Shown: one piece after another, positions 8,712 through 17,433 of the stretch
How positions within the stretch are numbered: position 1 is the first letter of the stretch
Layout of the letters: every line of letters begins with the position of its first letter
Source of the DNA: Planctomycetales bacterium
GTDB taxonomy: Bacteria > 4484-113 > JAFGCY01
Length of the DNA stretch: 32,000 nt
Reading direction: 5' to 3'
Assembly (NCBI GenBank): GCA_022646745.1
Contig: CP060262.1
Location: 2,760,001-2,792,000, forward strand
Notes under the pieces: model-generated
The model's database searches: none
The model's input: only the letters and a program-made list of their open reading frames with translations
What the model was told of the DNA's origin: nothing
Translations under genes and position numbers: made by a program

Positions 8712-10187
8712 TTGGCGAAGAACGACGACAAACGGTTCATTACACCCAAGAGCGAGAATCCGTCACAGTGGTATACGGACGTGATTCTGCAGGCTGAGCT
8801 CGCGGACTATTCACCGGTCCGCGGCTGCCAGGTGTACCGACCGTACGGCTTCGCCATCTGGGAGAAGCTCAAGAAGCTCCTCAACGACCGCATCATCGCC
8901 ACGGGGCATGAGAACACCTATTACCCGATGTTCATCCCCAAGAGCCTGCTGGACCGTGAGGCCGAGCACGTGGAGGGCTTTGCCCCCGAGGTGGCCTGGG
9001 TCACCAAGGGCGGCGGCAAGGACCTCGATGAGCCGCTCGCAATCCGCCCGACCAGTGAGGTGATCATCGGCGTGATGTGGGCCAAGTGGCTGCAGAGCTA
9101 TCGCGACCTGCCTTACCTGCATAACCAGTGGGCCAATGTCGTGCGCTGGGAGAAGGCCACTCGTCCCTTCCTGCGCACACTGGAATTCCTCTGGCAGGAG
9201 GGCCATACCGCGCATGCCTACGAGCAGGAGGCCCGGGAGGAAACCGCGCGCATGCTGGAGCAGTACAGCCAGTTCGCCTGCGAGGACCTGTCCCTGCATG
9301 TGCTGAATGGCATCAAGAGCGACAGCGAGAAGTTCGCCGGCGCCGTTGAGACCTGGGGCATTGAAGCGATGATGCCCGACGGCAAGGCCCTGCAGAGCGG
9401 CACCAGCCACTTCCTCGGCCAGAACTTCGCGAAGGCCTACGATGTGAAGTTCCTTGCGGAGGACAATACCGAGCAGTTCGCCTGGACCACCAGCTGGGGC
9501 GTCAGCCACCGCATCATGGGCGGCATGCTGATGGTGCATGGAGATGACAAGGGACTGATCCTGCCGCCCAAGGTAGCGCCGATCCACATTGCGATCGTGC
9601 CCATCACCCGCGGTGACAACACTGACGAAGTCGTGGCGGCCTGCCAGAAACTGGCTGCCGGTCTGCGCCGGGAAAGCTACAACGGCGAGGCGATCAGCGT
9701 GAAGGTGGACGACCGAGACGGCTTCCGTCCCGGCTACAAGTTCGCGCACTGGGAGCTGCGCGGAGTGCCCTTCCGCATGGAGGTCGGCCCGCGTGACATC
9801 GAGGAGAACGTCGCGATCCTCGTTGACCGCATCAGCGGAGAAAAACGCAAAGTGGACGTCAATTATGAAACGGGTTCCATTGGCGGCGTGTCTATAGCTA
9901 AGGAACTGGATGAGTTCCAGGCTCAGCTGTATGAACGCAGCAGGAGCGAGGTGGAGTCGCGCATCATCGAGGTCGCATCCTACGACGAATTCAAGGATGT
10001 GATTTCAAGCGGTCGCGGTTTCGTCCTTGCGCCGTGGGACGGCAAGGCCTCGACTGAGGCCCGCGTGAAGGAAGAAACCAGCGCCACAACGAGAGTTATG
10101 GCGCCGCAAAAACCCGATAATGGTGTAAAATGCCTGTTTTCGGGGGATGTTGCGCAATATATGGCGTATTTCGCCAGTTCATACTAG
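8712..10187 (+). CDS. proS: Prolyl-tRNA synthetase, archaeal/eukaryote-like (no editing insertion) type
   Basis: FITPKSENPSQWYTDVILQAELADYSPVRGCQVYRPYGFAIWE and later class-II motifs match the Thermus-type ProRS. The track start (TTG 8646) adds 22 residues with no homology. The in-frame TTG at 8712 follows AAGGA (8701-8705) and gives an N-terminus the length of known ProRS (MAK...TP.S..FS.WY). Confidence 0.9.
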   Translation: MAKNDDKRFITPKSENPSQWYTDVILQAELADYSPVRGCQVYRPYGFAIWEKLKKLLNDRIIATGHENTYYPMFIPKSLLDREAEHVEGFAPEVAWVTKGGGKDLDEPLAIRPTSEVIIGVMWAKWLQSYRDLPYLHNQWANVVRWEKATRPFLRTLEFLWQEGHTAHAYEQEAREETARMLEQYSQFACEDLSLHVLNGIKSDSEKFAGAVETWGIEAMMPDGKALQSGTSHFLGQNFAKAYDVKFLAEDNTEQFAWTTSWGVSHRIMGGMLMVHGDDKGLILPPKVAPIHIAIVPITRGDNTDEVVAACQKLAAGLRRESYNGEAISVKVDDRDGFRPGYKFAHWELRGVPFRMEVGPRDIEENVAILVDRISGEKRKVDVNYETGSIGGVSIAKELDEFQAQLYERSRSEVESRIIEVASYDEFKDVISSGRGFVLAPWDGKASTEARVKEETSATTRVMAPQKPDNGVKCLFSGDVAQYMAYFASSY

Positions 10188-10212
10188 TGAACAGTGTTAA
10201 GGAGGTTGGTAG

Positions 10213-11385
10213 ATGAAAGTCTACTGCAATGGGTTGGTCGGAGGTCTCTTGGCGGCTGCCATGGTCTGTCTTCCGATCATGGCTTCTGCTCAGTCCACTG
10301 ACGGTTACCGCTACGAGGACAAGGTGCACGCCGCGACAGCGATCGTCACTCCCTCGGTTGTCGCCGTGGAAACGCGTTTTAAGGAACCCACCCTTGACAG
10401 CGAGTACGCCTACTGGTCGTACACCCGTGGGGCCCGTCCGCTCTACGGCCTGTTCGGTTCCGGTTTCATCTACAAGGATCCCGAGTACGTGATCACGAAC
10501 ACCTTCATCACACAGGATGCTGAGTTCGTGCGCGTGATCCTCAACGACGGCCGCTCATTCAAGGCGGAAATCGTCGGTGAGAGTGATGCGTACAAGCTTG
10601 CCGTGCTGAAGGTCGAATGGGGTCCGGACTACAATCCGCTGGGCGTCCAGGTCGGCGACAGTGAGAAGATGAAGCTCGGCCAGCCGATGGCGATTGTCGG
10701 GAAGTCCAACAACAACCACGACACCTTCGCCACCTCCGGCATCATCAGCGCCATCCGCAAGGAGATCCCGAGCGCTGAGGGTGACCAGCCCACCAATGAG
10801 TTCATCCAGTTCGATGCGGCCTGGGAGCACACCTTCTACGGCGCTCCGATCGTTGACGTGGACGGCAAGGTGATCGGCATGGTCGATCGCAGTGTCACGG
10901 CACACGGCCTCAACCTCGGTGTGCCGATCAACGAGATCGTGTTCATGGCCGACCGCATCATCAACGGCGAGGCCGTTGACACACTGTGGGGTGTTGAATC
11001 CCAGTTCGTCAGCCCTGGCCTGCAGAAGGCTGGCTACGTGCCCTGGGAGTTCGACCTTGACGGTAACGGCACCGCTGAGCCGCTTGAGATCGGCGAGTGG
11101 GTTTCCTTCGTGGATGCCAACTCCCCGGCCGAGATCGGTGGCCTGCGTGCTGGTGACATCATCTACCAGATTGATGAGACCACGCTTGAGTTCCACTACA
11201 ACTACACCCGTGCCCGCCGTGAGTTCATCCCCGGCCAGCTCGTGATCGTGCGCTTCCTCCGCAAGAACGACATGACCGGCGAGTGGGAGAAGAAGGTTGC
11301 ACAGGTGCAGATCGTGGAAGACACGAGTGACGAGGATGATGAAGAGGGCGGCGACAGCGGTCCTTCCGGCAACCCCCACGGTTAA
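10213..11385 (+). CDS. Secreted HtrA-like trypsin-fold + PDZ protein with all three catalytic residues substituted (predicted pseudoprotease)
   Basis: 390 aa with a signal peptide and strong SD AAGGAGG. It aligns by eye to DegP blocks. GSGFIYKDPEYVITNTFIT has His->Phe. SDAYKLAVLKV has Asp->Lys. FDAAWEHTFYGAPIV replaces the GNSGGP box, Ser->Tyr. PDZ-like GGLRAGDIIYQID. Acidic C-terminal tail. Confidence 0.85.
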   Translation: MKVYCNGLVGGLLAAAMVCLPIMASAQSTDGYRYEDKVHAATAIVTPSVVAVETRFKEPTLDSEYAYWSYTRGARPLYGLFGSGFIYKDPEYVITNTFITQDAEFVRVILNDGRSFKAEIVGESDAYKLAVLKVEWGPDYNPLGVQVGDSEKMKLGQPMAIVGKSNNNHDTFATSGIISAIRKEIPSAEGDQPTNEFIQFDAAWEHTFYGAPIVDVDGKVIGMVDRSVTAHGLNLGVPINEIVFMADRIINGEAVDTLWGVESQFVSPGLQKAGYVPWEFDLDGNGTAEPLEIGEWVSFVDANSPAEIGGLRAGDIIYQIDETTLEFHYNYTRARREFIPGQLVIVRFLRKNDMTGEWEKKVAQVQIVEDTSDEDDEEGGDSGPSGNPHG

Positions 11386-11448
11386 GCAAGTCCGCCGGCA
11401 GCCCCGGTTGGCCGGCACTGATCACCTGAACCTGATTTGGAGTAGGGC

Positions 11449-12621
11449 ATGATGAAGAAACTGATTGCAATGACTGTCATCGCGGTAATGGCCTGCATGG
11501 CTGCCGCCTGGGCCCAGGATGAACCCTCGATGAGCATCGAGGACGTCATCAGCAAGGTGAAGAAGGGCGTCATCCGTGTGCAGGGCATAGAGCTCGGAGC
11601 ACCGACGATCGGCAACTGGGGCGGTGGCTCAGGATTCGTGTTCGAGGTCGACTACGACACGCACACGGCCTATGCCATCACCAATCACCACGTGAGTGGC
11701 AATGCCGCCGCTTCGGCCGTGACTTTCTGGGATGGTGCCACTTACAAGGCACGCCACGTAGCCACTGAGCCCGGCATCGATGTCTGCCTGCTTGAGATCT
11801 ATGACATTCCGGATGAGCGTGACCTGCCGGAAGACGAGAAGACGATCGTTCCCGTGGTGCTCGGTGACAGTGATGCGGTTCGCATCGGTGAGCTCGGCCT
11901 TGCAATGGGTAACCCCGGCGATGGCCAGGATGCAGTCAATATTGACCGCTCCAACCCTTACGAGACCTTCCTGCTGCTGACCACCGCCACCCAGGGTGTT
12001 GTCACCGGCCGTGACTGGCCGGTGGAGTTCCTGCTTGGTATCCACAGGCAGAACCGTGGTTCCCTGGGCAACCAGTACGGTACCAACTTTGACTATGCAT
12101 TCCGCATGGCGACTGCCATCAACGGTGGTAACTCCGGCGGCCCGCTCTTCAACCAGCAGGGTGAAGTGATCGGCATCAACTTCTACGGTGGTTCATGGGC
12201 GCTTGGCCAGAACCAGAACCATGCCATCCCGATCAACCTTGCGAAGGACTTCGTGTTCCAGATCCTCGAAAAGGGCAAGTTCGAGAAGCCCTGGACTGGC
12301 ATGGATATCCTCTTCCCGAGCTGGATCGGCCCGGATGAGTACACCGAATTCGCCGAGAAGTATCGCCCTGATTACATTGAGGTCTATGGCGTGCGTCGTG
12401 ACAGCCCGGCTGCGCGAGCCGGCCTGAAGCAGGGTGACGTCATCATGTCAGTTGATGGCCAGACCTTCGCTGACCCTGAGAAGCTGCGCCTGTATATCTT
12501 CAGCCAGGAGATCGGCAACGAGCTCGAGATCACCATCAAGCGCAATGGCAAGATCATGAAGGAGCCGGTTTTCGTGGAAGTCAGTCCCAAGCGCACCTAC
12601 GACGCGGAGTTCTCCGTCTAG
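11449..12621 (+). CDS. Secreted HtrA-like serine protease with one PDZ domain (triad intact)
   Basis: 390 aa with a signal peptide. AITNHHV (His), GIDVCLLEI (Asp), INGGNSGGPLFN (Ser). PDZ-like SPAARAGLKQGDVIMSVDGQ. Ends ...DAEFSV. Confidence 0.9.
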   Translation: MMKKLIAMTVIAVMACMAAAWAQDEPSMSIEDVISKVKKGVIRVQGIELGAPTIGNWGGGSGFVFEVDYDTHTAYAITNHHVSGNAAASAVTFWDGATYKARHVATEPGIDVCLLEIYDIPDERDLPEDEKTIVPVVLGDSDAVRIGELGLAMGNPGDGQDAVNIDRSNPYETFLLLTTATQGVVTGRDWPVEFLLGIHRQNRGSLGNQYGTNFDYAFRMATAINGGNSGGPLFNQQGEVIGINFYGGSWALGQNQNHAIPINLAKDFVFQILEKGKFEKPWTGMDILFPSWIGPDEYTEFAEKYRPDYIEVYGVRRDSPAARAGLKQGDVIMSVDGQTFADPEKLRLYIFSQEIGNELEITIKRNGKIMKEPVFVEVSPKRTYDAEFSV

Positions 12622-12641
12622 TCAACTGCTGAGGTCATCTG

Positions 12642-13808
12642 ATGAGGACAGTTCTTTTCACAGTATGTGTGGTTGTAATGCTGGCAGGCCAGGCCCTGGC
12701 CCAGCAGGACAGCGCGCTCAGTGTCGAGGACATCGTCAACACCGTGAAGAAGGGTGTTGTCAAGGTGCAGGGCATCGATATCGGCGGTCCAACCAGCGCA
12801 GGCTGGGGCGGCGGCAGTGGTTTCCTGTTCGAGATTGACTACGACACCGGCCTCGGTTACGCGATCACGAACCACCATGTAAGCGGTTCGTCCTCCATTT
12901 CGGCAGTGACGTTCTGGGATGGCGCGGCCTACAAGGCCCGCCTTGTCGCCACGGAGCCGGGCATTGACATTGCCCTGCTCGAGGTCTACGACCTTCCCGA
13001 TGAGAGTGACCTGCCGGACAGCGAGAAGACCATTATCCCGGTGGTGCTCGGTGACAGTGACACTGTCCCTATCGGAGCACTGGGCATGGCAATGGGAGCA
13101 CCCGGAGATTTCAACGACGCCATCAACATTGACCGTTCCAATCCTTACGATGCCGGCATGCTGATGCAGACCGTCACCACGGGCGAAGTGAGCGGACGTG
13201 ACTGGCCGATCGAGTTCCTGCTTGGCATCAACCGCCAGGCCCAGTCCGATCTCGGCCGCCAGTACGGCACGAACTTCGACTACGCATTCAAGGTGTCCAC
13301 TCCGATCAACCCCGGCAACTCGGGTGGTCCGCTTTTCAACAACAGCGGTGAAGTGATTGGCATCAACTTCTGGGGCGGTTCGTTCCAGATGGCGCAGAAC
13401 TCGAACCATGCGATCCCGATCAACCTTGCCAAGGACTTTGTCTTCCAGGTGCTGGAGAAAGGTCGTTTCGAGAAGCCCTGGACCGGGATGGACATCATCT
13501 TCCCGAGCTGGGTCAGCGTGGACGAATACACTGAATTCACTGAGAAGTACCGCCCCGACTATATTGAAATCTTCAATATCCGGCGGGACAGTCCGGCCAG
13601 CCGTGCCGGCCTGAGGAAGGGTGATATCATCGTCAGTGTCGACGGCCAGCAGTTCACGGATCCTGAGAAGCTCAGGCTCTATGTGTTCTCGCAGGACATC
13701 GGCAATGAGCTGGAGCTTGTGGTCAAGCGCGACAACAAGATAATGAAGGAGCCCATCTTCGTGGAAGTGGGCGTTAAAAGGACTTATGACTCCGAGTTTT
13801 CGGTCTAA
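12642..13808 (+). CDS. Secreted HtrA-like serine protease with one PDZ domain (triad intact); close paralog of 11449..12621
   Basis: 388 aa with a signal peptide. AITNHHV, GIDIALLEV, INPGNSGGPLFN. PDZ-like SPASRAGLRKGDIIVSVDGQ. Roughly three quarters identical to the preceding gene by eye. Ends ...DSEFSV. Confidence 0.9.
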   Translation: MRTVLFTVCVVVMLAGQALAQQDSALSVEDIVNTVKKGVVKVQGIDIGGPTSAGWGGGSGFLFEIDYDTGLGYAITNHHVSGSSSISAVTFWDGAAYKARLVATEPGIDIALLEVYDLPDESDLPDSEKTIIPVVLGDSDTVPIGALGMAMGAPGDFNDAINIDRSNPYDAGMLMQTVTTGEVSGRDWPIEFLLGINRQAQSDLGRQYGTNFDYAFKVSTPINPGNSGGPLFNNSGEVIGINFWGGSFQMAQNSNHAIPINLAKDFVFQVLEKGRFEKPWTGMDIIFPSWVSVDEYTEFTEKYRPDYIEIFNIRRDSPASRAGLRKGDIIVSVDGQQFTDPEKLRLYVFSQDIGNELELVVKRDNKIMKEPIFVEVGVKRTYDSEFSV

Positions 13809-13833
13809 TCAGGTAGGGTTTAGGAGATATGGC

Positions 13834-15054
13834 ATGCGGGCTTTTAGCTTGGCAGTAATCTTTGCGGCGCTCCTCGCGGGGCAGGCCCTCGCGCAGGACT
13901 ACGGTGCAATTGACGTAGTGGATGAGGTTCGCAACAGCGTGGTGTCAATCGACATCAACTCGCTGGCGGTGAACTATGCCACCCTCGACATGTCCACCCA
14001 GAGCCTGCTCACCAGGCAGATCACCGGCGTTGTCTACACGGAGAACGGCTACATCCTCACGGACAGCAACTCCATCGACGACGGTATCTACATCAACGTG
14101 CGCTTCGAGGACGGCCACGAGTATGAGGGTGAGTTCATCGGTGCCGACCTGCAGTACGGCGTCGGCGTTATCAAGATTGATCCCGACCCGGACCATGACC
14201 TCAAGCCGATCAAGATGCGCGGTGAGCTGTACAACTCCGACATCGGCTCCCTGCCCTATGAGCAGGGTGAGCCCGTGCTGGCCATCGGTTATTCCGGCGG
14301 CTACGGCGGCACCGTAACGAGCGGCATCATCTCCGCGATCCGTACCTTCCGCAACAGCCGCAAGATCCTCATCCCGAACATGATCCAGGCAGACTGCCCG
14401 ATCAACGTCGGCAACGAGGGCTGCCCGCTGTTCAACGACAAGGGTGAAGTGATTGCATTCCATGACATCCAGGGTGGTGGCGGTGGCCTGCAGCGCATCA
14501 GCTTCTTCTCACCGGCATGGATCATCAAGCGCGTCGCTGACGAGATCATCGCCAACCATGAAAGCGAGCGTCCCGCCAACAGTGAGGATGTGGTCTGGCA
14601 CCCCTGGCTGGGCATCCAGCCCTACGCCGGTTCCCAGGGTGCCTCCGGCCTGCGTGCGCAGTCCGATGACCTGAAGATGTTCTTCGGCATGCCCGACCAG
14701 TACTGGGATGTCGGTATCCTGCTCAATGACGTCTGGCGTGAGGGCCCGGCGGCTGAGTACGGCCTGCGACGCATGGACTGGCTGATGACGGTCACCGTTG
14801 TCAACCAGGATGCCAACACGGGCGAGGACACGGTCAAGACTCCCTACCAGCTGATCAAGACCGTCCAGCAGCTTGAGGTGCTGGTGTCCACCGCCGAGCG
14901 TGGCGACATCTTCATCTTCGGTGTGCTGCGCAATGGCAACATGTTCGACGTGGAGGTCACCATTGGCCAGCACCCGGCCGCGACCGCCTACCTGCCGGAT
15001 GCATCGTCCGACCTGACCCGTTCCGACCTGGCCCGCATGACTGAGTACTTCTAG
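13834..15054 (+). CDS. Secreted HtrA-like trypsin-fold + PDZ-like protein with all three catalytic residues substituted (predicted pseudoprotease)
   Basis: Start moved from the track position 13786 to ATG 13834, which follows AGGAG (13822-13826) and yields signal peptide MRAFSLAVIFAALLAGQALA. GYILTDSNSI has His->Asn. LQYGVGVIKID has Asp->Gly. INVGNEGCPLFN has Ser->Glu. The glycine-rich insert GGGGG and TSGIISAIR are conserved with gene 1. Confidence 0.85.
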   Translation: MRAFSLAVIFAALLAGQALAQDYGAIDVVDEVRNSVVSIDINSLAVNYATLDMSTQSLLTRQITGVVYTENGYILTDSNSIDDGIYINVRFEDGHEYEGEFIGADLQYGVGVIKIDPDPDHDLKPIKMRGELYNSDIGSLPYEQGEPVLAIGYSGGYGGTVTSGIISAIRTFRNSRKILIPNMIQADCPINVGNEGCPLFNDKGEVIAFHDIQGGGGGLQRISFFSPAWIIKRVADEIIANHESERPANSEDVVWHPWLGIQPYAGSQGASGLRAQSDDLKMFFGMPDQYWDVGILLNDVWREGPAAEYGLRRMDWLMTVTVVNQDANTGEDTVKTPYQLIKTVQQLEVLVSTAERGDIFIFGVLRNGNMFDVEVTIGQHPAATAYLPDASSDLTRSDLARMTEYF

Positions 15055-15080
15055 GCCGGAACTCCAATTCCGAAATGAAA

Positions 15081-15106
15081 GGCCACCCTGCGGGGTGGCC
15101 TTTTTT
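15081..15106 (+). terminator. Rho-independent terminator closing the HtrA-like operon
   Basis: ggccaccc-tgcg-gggtggcc is a perfect 8-bp stem followed by tttttt. It lies 26 nt after the stop. Confidence 0.85.
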
Positions 15107-15307
15107 GTTTCTGTCCACACGTATGCAGAACCGTTCGCCGATATACAGAGGTGAACCTTCGAGTCGATCTGGAGGCAGCAGTAACGAATCACTGCTGAGT
15201 TGGCGTTGGTCCGCACCAGCTGAAGCAGGACACCATGGATGGGTGGGGTACTGCTGCTGGCTGCGGATCTGGCCCGGGGAGACTGGTGGTTGCCAGACTG
15301 GACTGGC

Positions 15308-16765
15308 CTATGAGGGCTTCAGGCGCTCGATGCGGTCGGGCAGGGTCCATGACAGCACGGTCGCCACGAGCATCAGTGCAGCACAGATGAACAGCAGGCC
15401 GGCAAACGAGAAGCGGAAGGCCTCAATCGGCACATTCTCAGGATTGAGCAGCGCTGACTGGAAGGCCTGCAGGTAGGCATGCCCATCGGTGCCGCTGTTC
15501 ACGAGGAAGGCGGAAAACACCAGCGCACCGCCGCTGGCCCCCATCAGGAAGCCCACGTTGCGTGTCAGTGAGTTGACGCTGGAGGCCTTGGCCTGCTGCT
15601 CGTCTGGCACGGTGCTCATCATGGTGGACATCGCCGGAGCATTGAACAGGCCGCCACCCAGTCCCAGCAGCACGATGCCGGTTGACAGGAGCGGCATGCT
15701 GCCGAGCTTCAGCCCGTATGCCATGAACACCATTGCCAGCATGTTGCTGATCAGCCCTGCCAGCAGCGGCTTGCGCAGGCCGATGCGGTCCACCAGGCGG
15801 CCGGCCAGCGGTGCGCTGAAGAAGGTTGCCAGCAGCGACAGGCCCAGCAGGCGGCCACTTTGAAGCTGGTTCAGCCCGAGGTAGTCCTCGAGGTAGTAAG
15901 TCGTGAAGATCAGCCAGACCTGCACCACGAAATTGTTGAGCATCAGGCCCAGCGCGCAGACCCAGAACGGCCGTCGCCGGAAGATGGAGTATTCGAACAG
16001 GGGAGTCGAGCCGCGCTCTGCGGCGATGAACACGGCAATGCAGGCCAGCCAGGCCGGGCTCAGCCAGATCAGCAGGCTGCTGGCCAGGTTGCCCTTGAAG
16101 CATTCCGCGATCACGGCGAATCCGGCCATCATCCCGAGCCAGCTGATCACCGACAGCGGGTTGAATGCCTGGCGCTCGCCAAGCACGTCGTCAGGCAGCG
16201 CCTTGAGGCCGATGAACAGCCCGAGCAGCTGGATCGGCACCTGCACCCAGAAGATCCACTGCCAGCTCGCATGGGCGCACAGGGCACCCGCCAGCGGGAA
16301 GCCGATCAGCATGCTGATCGCCACCATGCCGCCGGTCATGCCAAACGCCATGCCGCGTTTCTCGCCGGGGACGTAGCGCGTGATGATCGCACTGAACAGG
16401 GCGAACACCATCACGCTGCCCAGCGCCTGGATCACGCGGTAGCCGACGAGGTAGGCGATGCTCGTGGTCGGCGCCATTGCGCACAGGATCGTGCCCACGA
16501 GGTCAATCAGGAAGCCGCTCACATAGATGCGCTTCAAGCCGTACTGCGTTCCGAGCCTGCCTACGATCGGCAGCATAAAGGTTGTCGTCACCAGGTAGCT
16601 GAGCAGTACCCAGACGGTGCTGTTGAGGTCGACGTGGTAGACGCGGGACAGGGTGGGCAGTGCCACCCCCACCATCAGACCGCCGAGTGGCCCGAGGAAG
16701 GTGCCGATCAGCACCACTGAGAAGATGCGCCAGGGGAATTTCGCGTTGCCTGCGGAATCAGTCAC
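15308..16765 (-). CDS. MFS transporter, DHA2 (14-TMS, EmrB/QacA-like) family
   Basis: 485 aa, hydrophobic throughout with about 14 predicted helices. MFS loop motif GRLGTQYGLKRIY between TM2 and TM3. GTG start preceded by GGAGGG. Confidence 0.88.
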   Translation of the reverse strand: MTDSAGNAKFPWRIFSVVLIGTFLGPLGGLMVGVALPTLSRVYHVDLNSTVWVLLSYLVTTTFMLPIVGRLGTQYGLKRIYVSGFLIDLVGTILCAMAPTTSIAYLVGYRVIQALGSVMVFALFSAIITRYVPGEKRGMAFGMTGGMVAISMLIGFPLAGALCAHASWQWIFWVQVPIQLLGLFIGLKALPDDVLGERQAFNPLSVISWLGMMAGFAVIAECFKGNLASSLLIWLSPAWLACIAVFIAAERGSTPLFEYSIFRRRPFWVCALGLMLNNFVVQVWLIFTTYYLEDYLGLNQLQSGRLLGLSLLATFFSAPLAGRLVDRIGLRKPLLAGLISNMLAMVFMAYGLKLGSMPLLSTGIVLLGLGGGLFNAPAMSTMMSTVPDEQQAKASSVNSLTRNVGFLMGASGGALVFSAFLVNSGTDGHAYLQAFQSALLNPENVPIEAFRFSFAGLLFICAALMLVATVLSWTLPDRIERLKPS

Positions 16766-16828
16766 ATAGCCCTCCGCTTTGGATCGCGGAGATTATAGGC
16801 TGTGCAGGCATGGAATGTTCTGATTTGG

Positions 16829-17356
16829 CTAGAAGCCGAAGTCGTCCCGCGAGAACAGGCTCCAGAACGGGATCTGCTCCTTCTCGAAGGCCTCGTCAGC
16901 GCCCTGTTTGCGGTTCAGCACCGCCATGCAGCCGATGATGTTGAAGCCTTCCTCGCGCATGCTGGTCAGCATCTCGATCACCTGACCACCGGTGGTCACC
17001 ACGTCCTCGATGATCAGCAGGCGGTCAGTCTTCTCGAAGCTGCCTTCAACCTGGGCTGCGGTACCGTATTCCTTGGCGGCCTTGCGGATGAACACGCAGG
17101 GAATGTCCGTATGCATGGAGAGGGCCGTCACCATCGGGATGCCGCCGAGCTCGACGCCGGCCAGGCGGTGGGTGTCAGCCGGGACCAGCCGTGACATGTG
17201 GTGCGCCACGCTGTGCATGATGGCAGGCTGTCCCTCGAAGCGGTACTTGTCGAAGTACCAGCGGCTCTTCTGGCCGCTGCGCAGAGTGAATTCGCCCTCC
17301 AGAAGAGCGATTTTCTTCATCTCCTCGATCAGTTCCGCGCGTGATAGATACTGCAT
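16829..17356 (-). CDS. pyrE: Orotate phosphoribosyltransferase
   Basis: 175 aa. PRPP-binding motif LLIIEDVVTTGGQ. FTLRSGQKSRWYFD matches the PyrE N-terminal motif. SD GGAGGG 5 nt upstream. Confidence 0.9.
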   Translation of the reverse strand: MQYLSRAELIEEMKKIALLEGEFTLRSGQKSRWYFDKYRFEGQPAIMHSVAHHMSRLVPADTHRLAGVELGGIPMVTALSMHTDIPCVFIRKAAKEYGTAAQVEGSFEKTDRLLIIEDVVTTGGQVIEMLTSMREEGFNIIGCMAVLNRKQGADEAFEKEQIPFWSLFSRDDFGF

Positions 17357-17421
17357 TCGGACCCTCCGAGGCGAGTATAGCAGCAGCCCTGCCTCGCCGC
17401 CCGCGGCCGCTGCAAATAGGC

Positions 17422-17427
17422 TAGAAT
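17422..17427 (+). promoter_or_regulatory. -10 hexamer 6 nt upstream of the start codon (leaderless-type promoter candidate)
   Basis: TAGAAT, then tagcgc, then GTG (17434). No SD sequence. Confidence 0.4.
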
Positions 17428-17433
17428 TAGCGC

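Noticed and set aside
15107-15307. About 200 nt without annotation between the HtrA-operon terminator and the MFS stop; considered as a small ORF or sRNA.
   Set aside because: There is no promoter-like element, no convincing hairpin-plus-U terminator beyond 15081-15106, and no ORF with a start context. It is most simply a convergent 3' spacer.
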